Of a stretch of DNA of 64,000 nt, positions 1 to 15,034 are shown one piece after another. The notes beneath the pieces were generated by a model that made no database searches, was not told where the DNA came from, and worked only from the letters and a program-made list of their open reading frames with translations. The translations under genes were made by a program, and so were the position numbers. Numbering within the stretch: position 1 is the first letter of the stretch; every line of letters begins with the position of its first letter. This DNA is from Trichoplax adhaerens (Eukaryota; Animalia; Placozoa), in the NCBI RefSeq assembly GCF_000150275.1, contig NW_002060958.1, forward strand, positions 100,966 to 164,965, written 5' to 3'.

Positions 1-66
1 ACTAAGTAAAACTGCTCAAATTGCAATACGTCTTTTAATATATTAAAAGTCTGATTGAATTTTCAG

Positions 67-3000
67 GTGAAAAGAATGTTGAATTCAACTGGCGGCATGA
101 TTGGAATTCGCTTTTAAGCCACGATGAATCTTTAGTGATGGGGCGTTATTCTGATGAGTACTTCCCACATGCAGATGATCTGGTGAGCTCAGTAGCAGAT
201 ATTGCATAAATTCTATATACTTTCTGTCTCATTAAAGCTTACATTCACGTCTAAGTTGGAAGAAATGACAATAGATCTAAAAAATTTTAGGTTACCTACT
301 TCAATGATTATGCAGACAAGCTAAAATTACGAATCAAGTACAACACTGAAGTAAGCAATATTTCGGAAATCAAGGAAGCTAATAGCACCCAAAATGTATT
401 CGAAATGAATGATTCCGAAGGCAATTTATACCGTTGTAACGTGACTATTGTTAGGTAAATAAGAACACTTTCATCAATTACAATTTATTGTAGAGTATGA
501 TCATTTCCCAGATTTTTACCTATCAGAGTAATACAGTATTTCTGTATGCAAATTTACATTATAGTACGGGAATTTCTTTGGCAAATATTCCAAAAGGCGC
601 TATTGGAATCGATAATGCAGTTGTAAGTGATTAATCTTAATGCGGCCTTCTCTTGCAATGCTTCATTTTATCTAGTCTTAAAATTAGATCTAGAAGATTT
701 ACAAACATTATTTTCCACCAACAAACTCTTAGATGTTCAAATGATCTGTTTTTAAGCATTATAGAATTATTAAAGTAGTTAAATATAATTTAAAATCTAT
801 AGGGCTATGAATCCATGTCCATGAATTTAACCACTTATGAGGGTAAAGATGTTCTTATCCTCGGCCAAGGTAAATGAAGCAATGCAATATGATGCATAAT
901 GTTACGGTTTAGAGGACTTCTAACCATGAAACTTTCGAATTTCTGATCATTCCTGAAGAAACGAACTATATCTCATTTACTATTTATTGCATCTCCAATT
1001 TTTTAATCTTCACCTTCTTAAAACAAATCTGAAACTCCTATTTCAGGGAATTCTGCATTAGAAATTGCGAAATTTATCTCTCCGGTTGCGAATAAGATTC
1101 ATTTGGTCGGCAGGTTGGTGAAGTTGAGATTATTAGTTGGAAAGCTGTATTATGCAACTTGTTTAAAGTTGAAAGAGATACAAGTATTACCTCACAGCAT
1201 TAGCTAATGATTTTGAATGTAAATCAAGTAAAAACACTTAAACTTTTGTTTAATTATACATCAGAAATGGACTCCGTCAATCATGGTCAACACATTATGT
1301 TGGAGATGTTAGGTAGAATTATGAAGATGATATGATAATTTTAAATCAAACTAGTAGAATATATGTAACTAGTACTTATTAATCTATAGCTATCGCATCT
1401 CTATAAAGGCTAATTACATAGTTTCTGAGAAAATAGTATACTACTTATTATTCGTTTATGGTAATTGTTATTAAACGATAAAAAACTAACATATTGAAGT
1501 TTAGATGTCCCATTAATTGTATAAGTTTGATGAAAGAAATCAATAGATGAAACTTGAGCTGGATTTTTCAAAATTTCTTAACGAAAATTATTTTGAAATC
1601 TTGTGTGAATAGAGGAATTAACAGAGATTTTCTGGATGGCATGCAACTTCGATTTATGGATAGTATAGCCTGTAAGTGAACTTGATACTATCGAATAGTA
1701 TAAATATTTATAAAGGGTAAGTTATTGATCATAGATTTTCGAAAAATTTTATACCTTCTATTTACTATTCGGCTCAGATATCGAAGCTCAAAATATTGTT
1801 TTTAAGAAAACTTTGAAGAATAAAATTGGTCTAAAATTACGGGATCCTTTTTCAAAGAGAGTCATAGGCAAAGGTATGTTATTAATTATGACTATTATGA
1901 CGAAATAGTACTTTAATTCGCACTTAATTGTCGCTCATTCTAATAAGTAGTTTTTTGATACGACAATGGTAGAATAAGTTTGAGCTTAAAAGTTGCGGCT
2001 CTGGTAAAATGCTATAATGTGAAAACTAATGAAATTTGCTATTAATAGGCAGTAGAACATCAGTTTGTTCAAGGAACATATTAACTATCACAAATTCTTT
2101 ATAAGTTATTAATAGCCTTCCGCGTTTGTTTTTAGGCCAAAATAATAATATTCTACGAAATGAATACGATCATATAATTCGATGCCTCGGATTCCAGGTA
2201 TAAAAGATAATTATAAGCGCTTCGTAATTACACATGCTTATTAGCTAATGAATAAGTGATATAAAAGATATTCCTTCCTTATTCAAATAGTTGAGGCGTT
2301 GCGAAATATCGTATATACTTGCCACAAAATGCTACATAATCAATTTTTTCATTTATGCGACAATCATTTTAGTTTGACGATTCTATATTCAATGGATCGA
2401 CCAAGCCATTCAGGCTGAAAGATGACTTATCTAAATATCCATTTCTACGTGATAGCTATGAGTCTGTAAATGTTCCTAATATGTATTTCGGTAAAAATTC
2501 AATTAATATTTTCGTTAAAATTTCAATAATTACTGCTAACAATTTTAAGTCAGACAAGGTAACTACAGTTCACTTCCATCAATTTTTTAAATCTTAGCGG
2601 GCAGCTTAGCTCATTCACGCGATTATCGTAAATCTTCTGGAGGATTTATTCATGGATTTAGATACTCCAGTAAGTAATAAATTAACTTTATCTTACTGTT
2701 AAGGCTTTATGTAATAATTTGCTTAATGAGGGCCTAGCATTAATCTATTACCATTACAAAATTTCATACTAGTTCGCGCATTACATCAAATGTTGGAATG
2801 GAAGTATCATGGTAACCCATGGCCATCTTCTCGCCTTAGCACAGATGCTTTGCTTTATAAGATTCTAAAAAGAATAAATGAAGCCTCTGTAAGAACTAAA
2901 AATTGTATCTTAAACTTGCAATCAACTTTAATTGAATGCATTGACTACTTTCAGGGAATATATCAAATGTTTGGCGCGTTTGCTGACATTATTGTTATAG

Positions 3001-4267
3001 GTAGAGTCTATATGATACATCTATTTTATGCTTTTCATCAAATGGAAAGCCGATAAAATTTTTACTAAAATCGCAGAAATATAAAGACCATGAACTGACT
3101 AACAATTCATGTCATATAGATGAAAATGGATCCCATTATTATCTCGAAGATGTTCCGATTCATATCATACCTAAACTAGAAGGTAAAATATATATTTTAA
3201 CTCCGAGATAGCCCAGTTCTCGCGCTTTGATATCAACGTAATAGCAGCAGACCAAGCGATTGCATGATGCTATTTTATTTAGTAATTTATCATTCTTTGA
3301 TCAATTACTTATCACGATTTCTTATATCTAGCTGCACATGTAAATGTATCTGAGAATAAATTTAGCTAATGTCTAATCACTTCTTTGAAATTTCATTTAT
3401 TTATAAAGAGCGAACTGGGGTTCCGATTCAGAAAAAAATGTTTGTACTTACTTTTGAATATGGAAAAAAGTTTACTGGAGAACGGTAAAGTAGTAAACAA
3501 ATCCAATATATCGTCATAACAGCTTCGAATGAAAGTAGTTATAAATTGAATGATATGTTAGATGTCCATTTCAAATTCTAATATATTGTTTGTCTATACC
3601 GACAGTACTGACACGCTGTCTCCAGGTCGTATCCATATTAATTGGACAGAAGCTCATAAATGTAATTTTATTCATCCCAAAATTTATTATTATGAAGAGC
3701 CAGTAACTGGTAAGATATCATTATCATCACTCTAATTAGCATATAGCCAATTTTATGCGTATGATACTTTTATATGCGTATTAAAAACTACGATTGCTTA
3801 ATTTTTATCTTATTGGGATTGCTGGACTGTCTACTATGTTAGCCTTAGAAACTTCCGGGGCATTGCCACCACCTACCAAACTTCATCATGTTGTTGAAGA
3901 TTTTTTAACTCACTGGTTTGATTTGATTTTATAGGCTTTAATTTCTTATTTGAAATCATGTATGTCATAATAACGTAACACAATCGCACCTCATCAACTA
4001 TAGGGATAAAATAGGGAGCCATATCATACCTATAAAACGGTTCTTGGCTAATATGCTTAAAGAAGATTTCAACAACTATTATGCTGATTCATGCTTTGAG
4101 GTATTAACAGTAAAAATGCCATCTTTTCGCCTAAAGATGTATTTTTTTTCTTTTTCTCATGAAATATTATGCTTTTTAAGATGATGATGCTACACAAAAG
4201 TGCTCCACCTGGCTGCTACCGAGGACAATTTATGAGCAGACACCCCGTTTTTTATCTGGGTTTTTAA
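67..4267 (+). CDS. FOXRED2: FOXRED2/ERFAD-like FAD-dependent oxidoreductase, array copy 1 (5'-partial; coding exons 4-22 visible)
   Basis: Manually spliced GT-AG exons. Exon 67-182 reads [38 protein letters not shown]. Later motifs: GYESMS..LILGQGNSALE (NAD(P)H Rossmann), [73 protein letters not shown], all matching FOXRED2 motifs as I recall them. Last exon 4181-4267 ends ...RHPVFYLGF-TAA. Confidence 0.93.
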
Positions 4268-6252
4268 ATAGCCAAGTTTACGATACTGTAAAATTTTTGA
4301 ATAAAGTCACATTTATTGTGGTATCTTTCAAGTGACAGATTGGATAGTATAGAAGGCGTTTGCGATCGATATTTGGCATAAGACAATCCCAATGGTCTGC
4401 CAATTTTGACGATCATTGTAAGAAATCAAAGCTACATTATAGATCGATGGCTTCATCAATACAGGCCTCCCATTCCTTTCTAATATCGCGTTTTAGACCT
4501 TTTTTTATTAGAGTTACAAGAAAGCCATGACAATCGTATTTTTCATAATTATTTTTACAGAATGGATGTAATTTCTTCCCTAAATATTGCACTTTAAAAT
4601 TTTTTGCCCCAGTTTATAATCTAGAACAAGAACGAAGGCGATAGATGTGAAATTGATGCAGTTCTGTATTTTAATTAGTCTTACATAAAGAAATTACTCA
4701 GTACAACTTATCGTGGTTTATAACAGACTTTAGAATAGTATCATTATTTAACATGAAGTACGGTACCTTACCCTTGCACCAAATTGCTTAGTTTATAAAT
4801 ATTCCTTAAACGTCAGAGGTTGTGTATAAGACAGAAATTAGTGACATAACCTTATAGATACTACTATACGACCCCAAAAGTTCTATCAACTTGGATTAGT
4901 TATTGAATATATTGTTTTATCCGTTTCCTGTGCAATAAAGTGTTACATGAAATATGAATGAATATTTTGCATTATTCATGCTTTATACATTATCTAGTAA
5001 TGAAATAGATCTAAGAACCTTCTATATTCTAGATTAAGTTATACATTTGAAATAAATTCCCTTATTAATGAAACTCTAGATTCTACTTAAGATTATATCC
5101 AGCCTGACTTACAGAACTATTTTTCCCAAAAATAGTATAATTTCTGAAATGTAATATGGCTATAATCTTTCTACTGTATATTGGAAGGTGATCATAGACT
5201 GCTTTCTGCATTATAGACTTCCGCTTATCTGGATATTAACTTAATATGTACATTCACTCTAATCAGTTGTAAGTACTGTAGCATAATGTGGCTTTAACAA
5301 GTTTCAAGTAATAAAATTTACCTGGAGTAATCCTACCTATCCTACTAAGAGATCATTGCATGCCGCGAAAAAGTTTAATTTCGTGTTAGCATTTTTGGAA
5401 ATGTAACTTAATGAGATTTAAAAGAACTATCCTGTATGGTGGTGAACCATGCAATAGGTGTGCGAATGCTAGACAGGCACTTTAAACGGATTAACATGAT
5501 TCTATTGCAATCTCTTAATTGCAGGTTTTAGCAATATTATACAGCCGTGAAAGTGGTTGCAACATGCAGCAAATAGTATTAGCATTGCGATAGATATCTT
5601 CTGTGATATGAAATGCAATAAATTTAATTTATAGTGTCTACTAATAACACATTCAATTCGATCTGTTGTAACGCAATTGCGGCGTCTTCTAACACCAAAA
5701 TTAGTTTAATCAGGTCTAATTAGATTAAATTGTTGATAAATCAACACATGATGTTCTAACGTAATATTTTATTCTATTAAGCCTAACATAGTGACTATGT
5801 TAATTAATTTCATTAAGTCAATATAAACTTAATTAACGAATAAAATTCTTCCACGTTCTAACAATTTCTCTGTTCATTGTGTGCTGTAGGCAAATACTGA
5901 ATCAATATTGAATTTATTACTGTGATATTTTAGCAATTACTACTATTCCTACAGGGAAATCATAGAGATGTAAATGATTAAGTCAACATCATCGTAGTTA
6001 TCAGAGTGAATATAATTAAAGCGAATCATGACATTATTTGCCATGGAAATTTAAAAATCATTCTTTCATCACCATGTAAATGCTTTAGCAACGAGTCTAT
6101 TGATCTACCCTTATCCTTATTTTAAAGCTTTTAAGTGCAGAAGCTATTATAGAATCTTGATCACGTTAACTCGATCAATATTGTAACTTAGTAGAGCTCA
6201 GTAATCGAAATAAGCGGTCGAATCTGTCATTGAAGATAAAGTTGCAGCTACC

Positions 6253-9200
6253 ATGAGACAATTACTATTGCAAAGAATTAAACTCATTGGGTTTGTCCTT
6301 TACTGTTCAGTCATTATTGCAATTATCGAAGCAAAGACAGAAAATCACGACTATTGCGTAGTAGGTAGTGGTCCTGGAGGTAAGTTAAATTGGAGAAATC
6401 GATATTGAGTCACCATTTAACGGATTATTAGAATTGAATAGTTATCCTTTATCATTTATCCCTTAAACAACAAATGCTTTCTGTCTGAAAGCTACTTAAA
6501 ACTACTGCTTCTGTAGTTTATGAGAAATGAACCAAAACAATTTATTTCATTTATGTATTTATACTTAGTAATTTGCAAAATTTTGCAAATCGTTCTGTAA
6601 CATAATGAAGGAGATGCCAATTTTATATGCTATATGATACCTTTATACCTGGACTACTGCTTTATTATACGCCAGAATATCTTACTTGCTCAATATTCAA
6701 TTAGGATTACAAATAGCGTACTATTTGGAAAGTGCCGGAAGAGATTATGTCGTGTTTGAAAAGAATGATATATCAGGTAGACGGTAGCTATTAATTTGTT
6801 AACTTAAATTAGTTAAATTCGTATGAAATTATATCTATTCGATAATATTTGTTGCTGCTAATGCATACCTTTAAAGGAGGTTAAATAATTGCAATACTGG
6901 AATCATGTATAACGTAGAAGTTATAAGCAATTCATCAAATTACATTAAATAAAAGTTGTTACGGCGAGAATTACGTACGTTTTCGCATATTATGATTACT
7001 AGTCTAGCCCTTTCTCGTGATGCTTCACGAGCTGTCAAGCTACATTTGTACTTTTTACTTTACTGTACTTTATTATCATTAGTACCTTTACATAACAAAC
7101 CCAAAAATCTGTTCACCAGCTCTATGTACTAATAGTATAGAGTTCCATAGTCCAAATTCTACGCAGCCATGAAATCAATTTTCGATTTATAATAGTTACT
7201 AGTTTTAATTTCGAATTCCCTATGCGAAACTATAAGAGACTAAGATTTTCCGTACATAATGCTTACGCCGATTACAAGACAATTGATAGATACTGATTCA
7301 ATGATAAACTCATCAAAAAAAGATTTGATGTTGAACGTTGTTTTATTAAAGCTGCGTTTACAAGAGCGGCATACAATTCTTACTCAGATGACGAGTTGCA
7401 GTTAGGCTCCATTCGAGAAGAAATCAGATTAATTTATGGCGACAAGTATCTACATTTCATTTAATCTTAGTACTGTATAACTACATAAACTTCTTTATCT
7501 ATTCCATTAGCTTATCCAGTTTTATAAAATCTTATAACGGCATGTGAATTAGAAAATATAATCATTATTCCGTATGTCTATCAATCAAAATTTTAAAGTG
7601 TTATCTCTGACGATAATTCTCATCTTGAAAAAGACTCATTTTATTTCTATTTAAAAATTGCAGGGTCATTCTTTACCGTTTACCCGAGGCATCGCAAACT
7701 AATTTCTGTAAATAAATTACATACAGGTAATAAAATCTCGAAAATTTTTGGCGCACCTCCTTTTATCTATGAGCAGCACTATATTGAACTAGTTAAGCAT
7801 TAAAGCACCATTCAAATCCTCAATAAATAAAGAATACACATCTAATATATGCTATCTCTAAATATATATTAATTGACATAATACCATGTTAAGCTGCAGT
7901 GCTGCATATGGCAATAAGACTACATGTTCATAATGTATAAGCGTACACGTATATTTGGATGTATGTCCAACAAGTGATACATACTATCAGTACACAAGTA
8001 TACACTGATTGCATTTCAGTAGATTTTAATAACGTTATTTACTACGCCTAGTCCAAAGCTTTTTGAAAATCGAAAGAATTTTCTTTACCTTATAGTGCTT
8101 ACGAATCTTTGTTGAATTCTATAGGCCATTCAAACAGTGAATTTAATCTGAGACATGATTGGAATTCCTTACTAAGCAAGAATCAATCATTTTTGATGTC
8201 TCAGTATTCGCGAGAATATTATCCAAATGCTGATAAATTGGTAAATTAATTCAAAGTTATGATTGCTAATCATTAATTTGCTATTGTAATCCCCACTACA
8301 AAGTACTTCCTTTACTAATTTTTTATGTATGCAGAAAATGACTGAACCAGTATGATTATACTTATAATCAGCCACGATACCTTCGAGCCTTAGATATTTC
8401 ATTCTTCTAGTGCAGAAAGAGAATTATATTTATAGCAATAGTCATTCCTTCTGATCACTCATATATTATTGAGCTATTATAACGATACTAAGATAAAAGT
8501 GATATCTTTATATAGCAGTATCATCATCAAGGATTACTGTTGCATTTCTTCATGTAATTTATTGAAGATATAACATAGTTGGTACGGTCTACCATTTAAA
8601 TCATTGTATGATATATTGAAAATTACTAAATCATAGCTTATGTGGTGTGATAATGTAAGTTCAGCTCGGTTTAGGATAGTGTTAGAGTTATAAGCAGTAT
8701 TATTTCTCAGTATAGAAAACATGAGAGATACATACATAGTAATTATACTGCTACGTATAAGTATGCTATTCAGGGTTATTCAGTTTAACAAACCATAGCT
8801 CTGTATCTGCTATACATTACTTTCTATAAAGCAAATTAATGATGCTTGGTAATATATTAAAATATTAGCAAAAGCACTAATCAGTTTGATCTGTTTCGAT
8901 GGATTATTGAGTTAATTCATTTTCTCTATGTTTTATTAGGTGGAATATCTCAATGACTATGCAGAACAATTTAAGTTAAAAATTAGATATGACACCGATA
9001 TTTTAACCATTACTCGAGATAGTGAAGATAGTAATGCCAAGTTTAAAATGATGGACAGCAACGACAATACCTATATTTGTAAAGTAGCCATTATAAGGTT
9101 AGAATTGCCTTTCGAAGTAGTAACTGCTAGATTATATCCTAGATAAAATTCTTAACTTCCAGCATATGTAAATCACCTAATCTTTCTCTCCTGATTTCCT

Positions 9201-12200
9201 ATATCGTAGTACCGGAATTTCTGTACCATATGTCCCAGCCGGATTCGTTGGTAACGATATCATTGAGGTTGGCGATAGCCGAATTACAGTCAATTTTTGG
9301 GTTACAAATACTGTAGTTACGATAAAGTTGACTTGATTCAGATCAATACGTGTGCTATAGCTAAATTGCAGAATAAGTTCTAGATAATATTCAAACCTAA
9401 TTCTAGAGGATTATAATTCATTTCTAATTATTAACTCGGTAGTTTAGGTGCGAGAAATATTTTTAAGTACTTTTCCACATTTTTGGTTAATGTTACTTAT
9501 TTAGGGATATGAAACAGTGTCCACCAATCCCTCTAATTTTAAAGGTCAAAATGTCTTGGTTCTTGGACAAGGTGCGATGGAATAGATGAATAGACGGATA
9601 TCTTACATCTTCACTTTTCTCCACTTTTTGTGTGGCAAGATTAAAATATTTTCAGCTGAGGTTTTAAGGTTTATTTGAAGCTAATTGTCGATATTTTTGA
9701 TGTATTTCAAGGCAATTCCGGATTTGAAACAGCGCAAGCTATATCACATACTGCAAATTATATTCATGTGTTTGGCAGGTAACGGTTCTATGAAAATTTT
9801 CAATACCGCGTTTAGTAGGTGCAATTAAGTTAGTACAAGACTCTGATTAAGCCAATACCTCCAATCTGCATGAAAGCGATGCTTGTGCTATTTCGTACAA
9901 TAAATAGTGCAACACTTGTTTACTTCATTAATAGAACTCGCGTTCGCCTTGCCACTTCAACACATTATATCGGGGATGTTAGGTAAGGGTTGTGGTACTT
10001 AGTAATTTCGTAAGAGTGTACGTGCAAATTATTAGAGTTAGATTTCATTTTAAATACTGGCTGAAAATTAGTGGAAGCCTATCATAAAATTAGCCGCAAC
10101 TTATAGAATGAAATTATTGATTCACTGTTTGCTCAGAGCCATCAACAGCAGACATATTGATTCCTACCAATTAAAAACCTTGGACGGAATTTTAGGTAAG
10201 TAACATAAATAATATTTATGTACTGATTGATCTCGATATAGTAAATATATTCCTTAGTTAGGTATAATTTCGATTTAATGACAGCTATGGAAGTCTATTT
10301 AATATCACAACCCTAGAATTAATATAATTCTAGTAGGCTTTAACTGCAATAGATTATACGATATAAGAGATGATTATCTTTTGATTTAGAGGGAGATTTA
10401 AAACTTGTTGCTGTAACTAAAACACGCGAAAATCGCTATCAGATTGGCATTAGAACTTCAGGCAATTACTATCGTAAGTAAATTACTACCGCTTTCACAT
10501 AACTTCTATAGCGGCAATACTACTTATTCTATTATTTATCTCTATGGAATTAGGAGAATACTCTGATCTCTAACTACTATGTTACGAATGATAGTATCAA
10601 AATTTAATCAGATTATGACTATTACTACCGTATTAACCTAATTCTTTTGGATTTGCAATAGGTGGTGCTAAAAATGCACGCAAAGACTACGACCGGGTTA
10701 TTCGCTGTTTAGGATTCAAGGTAGTTATTTACTAAAGCTAGCATTCACTTTATGTCCTTGATATTGATACTTAGATGGATTTTGGAAGATTCAGTCCTTG
10801 ATATGATAATGAATTATGTCCGTTATACTGTTGTCACTTTTTCTTCAGTATGATGATTCTATCTTTGGCGAAAATGCTAAACCTATTAGAGGAAGGCTTA
10901 CATACGAAAGATATCCGATGATGAAAGGCAACTTTGAGTCTTCTAATGTAGATAATATGTATTTCGGTAAGCTAGTTATCTGTAAATACCGGATAAAGTA
11001 TTTCTTGTCTATCTACTTTTTTGTCTTAATTGGAATTAATAAGCAATAATTTATCAAGCAATAAACTTTTAACTATATCAGTATAATGAATACGGTACTT
11101 AATTGATAAAAGTTCTACTGATAGAACTGGTGATTAACGTATTCAGAGAATGTCTTTACACTATAGTATAATACTGTCAATTTATTCTTAGCTGGTTCTA
11201 TGGCACATTATTTGGATTATCGCCGCTCAGGCGGTGGCTCCATTCAAGGCATTCGCTATAATGGTTGGTATTGATTCGATATGAAAAATTCACTTTTGAA
11301 TCACTTCTTTCCATGTTAGAACTACTTCTAAATGGAATTGCTTAACAGCTCTTAGCATGATGCAAATGATCTATACTAAGCATGAACTAGCTAGATAGCC
11401 TCAAAAAATTTTAAACGATCTACTACTATTTAGCTCGTGCCTTGCATCGAATACTTGAATGGCGATATCACAAAATACCTTGGCCTGCAGTGACATTTAG
11501 AGTTAATGCATTGATAGATCATGTTATTACTCGTATTAATCAAGCTTCAGTAAGTCTTTATTGAATGAAATAACAGAAAATAAAATTGCATAAGTATAGC
11601 TTATCACGCTCATACGTAACATAATACATTTAATTTAGGGCTTATATCAAATGTTTGACTCTTTGATAGATGTTATTCTAATCCGTAAGTAAATAAATTG
11701 TTCTGATTGTATCTACTACTGTTAAGGAAATAATTGACATCAGCTGATGACTTTATTTGATCAAATTACTGATATCTTCTAATACTGCTCCTATTCTAAT
11801 TTTAGAAAAACGAAATCGATTTCAATACTTAGAAGAAGTTCCAGTAGGTCTTTTACCCAACCTTGAAGGTGATGAACATTTTAATTTTGAGACGATGTAT
11901 AGCATGATGTAGTTATTGCGATAAATTTTTTAAATTATTCTAATCCTCATTTAACAGTATTCAATATTTTATTATGCTTTCAGAGTTAACAGGAAGAAAG
12001 ATAATACGTGGATTTATAACCTTGCATTACAAATACGGCAAAAATTTTTCTAATCCCGAGTATGAACTAGATTTGCTACATTAAATATCAATGACTAAAT
12101 AAGATAAATTGGATGAGAAGCCTCATTAAATTTCAATTTATTTTCTTTATTTATGAATATTTGTAATAATGATTTAATAAATTTTCAATATAAAAAGAGT

Positions 12201-13742
12201 AAAATGCTTATAGGATGAAATTAATTTTTAAAATACTTACTTTACATGGCAATTTAAAGTATTGAAACAGAGAAAACTTCTAACTAGACTTGTAACGCAA
12301 ATTAATTGGAATTTTTAATAGGAAAATATTATTACAAATTACTTATTATACTTACAGTTCTGGCCAAAGTATTATTGGTTAATTAATAGATGATACGAAT
12401 ATTTAACGATTCGTTAAAAATTCAGAACTATTAAGTCTATATTTCATTATTTGTAGCACCGATACATTGGGCGAGAGATTATTAACCTATTTTGCTAAAG
12501 ACGGCTACAAATGTAAATATCATCACCCAGTCATCGGATACTATAAAAAGCCATTTACAGGTAATATTCACCGAATATGCTTAATAGTTTCAAATATTTA
12601 AGCTATGTAGAAGAACGAGGATTTCGAATTGGTTCGATTTGTAAAAGTAGTATTCTAATTGCTGATTGCCAATGACTGATGCTAATGGCTACCATTATGA
12701 CCTCCAAACTCAGGGTTACCGCATAGTCTAACAAATAGCTAATGTTCTCTTAAGTTATAATAACTCCTTACTTTTGCGATAGCTTAGGTAACGTCTACAT
12801 AATTCTAGTAAAGCATATTTAATAAAATTAGCTGGTATGCATGCTAGATAATACCAATATTCCGGTAAATTAAGCTTAATTTTATGAGCGTACGAAAATA
12901 TCAATAATATGATTTGCTGCAGCTATAGTAATGAATTAACAAAATGTATCTTTATTTTCGTGTTAATACCTTGATGCTAATTAGTGACAACGAAATTGCA
13001 TCATTAAAAGTACCGTAAATAGTAACTTGCGATAGCGTTACTATATAATGAAATCTTTCTACTGTAAATCAGGATTCGAAGTAGAAGTATATTATTCAAC
13101 CATGATAGTAAAGCTCGCTAACATAATCAAAATCGTTTTCTAGAATAATAGCTAGATGTTTATTTATTAATTTAAATAACTTAAAAAGACTCTATACGAT
13201 CTATTTTATCGGCAGCCGCTTTTTAAATAGATATGTTATTATGATATAAAAATAGCAGTTTGGGTAAAGAATCGATATTGAAATGACTATATTACATGCA
13301 GAGCTATCAAAGGATGGAACTTTACCGCAGCCAGATAAGTTATTCCATGTCCTCGAAGATTTTCTAACTGAATGGTACCATAGTAATTGCTATAGCTTTT
13401 TATTAATCTTAATTTCATTTCCCACCTTAAATTATCTATATTCTATTTCTTGTATAAGGTATTTAATGGACGAACACGTATTTCCCTTGAAAAAGTTTTT
13501 GGAAAATATCATCAATAAGGATTTGAACAACTATTTTTCCGACTCATGTTACGAAGTAAGCATAGCACAAGCCCTGCATCGAAATGAATTTTGTTTCTAA
13601 AAGTTTTCAAATTGCTTCGATGATATAGATGGCAATGAAGTATAAAAATCTACCAATTGGATGCTCCAGAAACATTATACAGCGAAAAAAAGAATCTAAG
13701 AAAGAAGAATCGAAGGAAGAAAGACCAGAAGATGAAATATAG
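6253..13742 (+). CDS. FOXRED2: FOXRED2/ERFAD-like oxidoreductase, copy 2 (complete, 22 coding exons; acidic C-terminus ending EDEI)
   Basis: ATG 6253 in an ACCATG context. Exon 1 (6253-6379) reads MRQLLLQRIKLIGFVLYCSVIIAIIEAKTENHDYCVVGSGPG(G): signal peptide plus FAD GxGxxG. Exons 2 (6705-6776), 3 (7664-7726, GSFFTVYPRHRKLISVNK) and 4 (8125-8240, [13 protein letters not shown]) follow. The exons splice in frame. Last exon 13629-13742 ends QRKKESKKEESKEERPEDEI-TAG. Confidence 0.94.
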
Positions 13743-14109
13743 GAAGTTTCAGAACCCCCAAAAGTCCCAGTAAATAAACTTCCTAAGCGATATTGTATTT
13801 AATCATCCACCCTTCATTGTGGTTCATCCGTAATAAAACATTTTACAAATTTACCTATTGGTTAGCTTAACTTTATAAACGATGATGTGACGTATATCCT
13901 ACAATGCAATATATATTACTATTAATAATGAATGTTGTAGATCATATCGTATCTATGTTTTTTTATCATATTAACGGATTTGTACCCATTTGAGTAGTAG
14001 TAATCAATAGCAATAAACATAACCACTGCAAGAATTTGATTATAGCATTTATAGCACCTGAAAGCTTACTAAATTAGAATGATTTGTTACACAATTGTAT
14101 AAGTTAATG

Positions 14110-14610
14110 CTGTAATCACAGGAACTTTTATAGATATACAGTAGATCCTGCATAATCACGAGCCATTCATTCATTGATGGTCCATGTCAATAGTAATCAT
14201 TTTCATAGATAGTGTAATGCAATTCTACAATCATCGATTGTACTATAATAATCACGAGAAGCTTTACAAGAAATAGACCCTTCATAATTACCAGCGATTC
14301 AGCGATAATTTATGTCAATAGTAATCGTTTTCATCGATAGTGTAATGCTATTCTGCAATCATAGACGTTAATACAGTAATCGAAAGAGCTTTTAGTAGAA
14401 ATAAATCTTGCGTAATCAGGAGCTATTCATTGGTGATTCACGTCAACAGTGACTATTTTCATCGGTAATTTAATGCTATCGGTAGTGTAATACTGTCTGT
14501 AGTATAATACTAATCGACGGCTGTAGATTGTAAAAATCACAAGAACCTTTATAGAAATTGACCATGCATAATCACGTGCCATTCATTAATGATACATACA
14601 AGTAGCAATC
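14110..14610. repeat. Degenerate tandem repeat, unit about 128 bp, about 4 copies (intergenic, copies 2/3)
   Basis: tgtcaatagtaatc.ttttcat.gatagtgtaatgc recurs at about 14185, 14313 and 14441; (c/g)ataatcac(g)agccattcat-like blocks recur in phase. Confidence 0.75.
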
Positions 14611-15034
14611 GCTTTGATCAAGAGGAAAGAGAGTAACGACATCATTAATTAAGTTGACAACAATGTTATTCGCTAGTAGTTGGCAACCATATTTATTGAT
14701 GAAAAGACTATCGTCACTAACTTGATAACAATAATAGAGTCTGAATCAGTCCCATTTATGGCTTTGTTTTATTAGATAATACTAATAGATAGGCGTGTCT
14801 AGGTTAAGATGATGAATGGAAAACATATTGAATTGAACAATAAGGGGCTACTGACGTCGCTACCATTATGGGATTATACTATAGAGTGATAGAAATCAAT
14901 CACAACACAATTAGGCATTAAATCCGAGATGTTCAGCCTTAATTGAGATTTCTTCTACTTAATTGAATCGTCAGACCGGGCTAAATCTTGAATTTCCTTT
15001 TACGATTTTATTTACTGATCCAACTTCTTTCACC

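Noticed and set aside
4811-4834. cgtcagaggttgtgtataagacag resembles the Nextera/Tn5 mosaic end (CGTCAGATGTGTATAAGAGACAG)
   Set aside because: Needs two indels; adapter contamination would match exactly. Treated as chance.
14110-14610. Possible CRISPR-like repeat-spacer array
   Set aside because: Eukaryotic context; the units are wholly homologous degenerate tandem copies with no unique spacers and no cas genes.
14851-14860. TGACGT CRE/UPRE-like core upstream of copy 3
   Set aside because: Single short match, not a full UPRE/ERSE, and not seen at an equivalent position upstream of the other copies.
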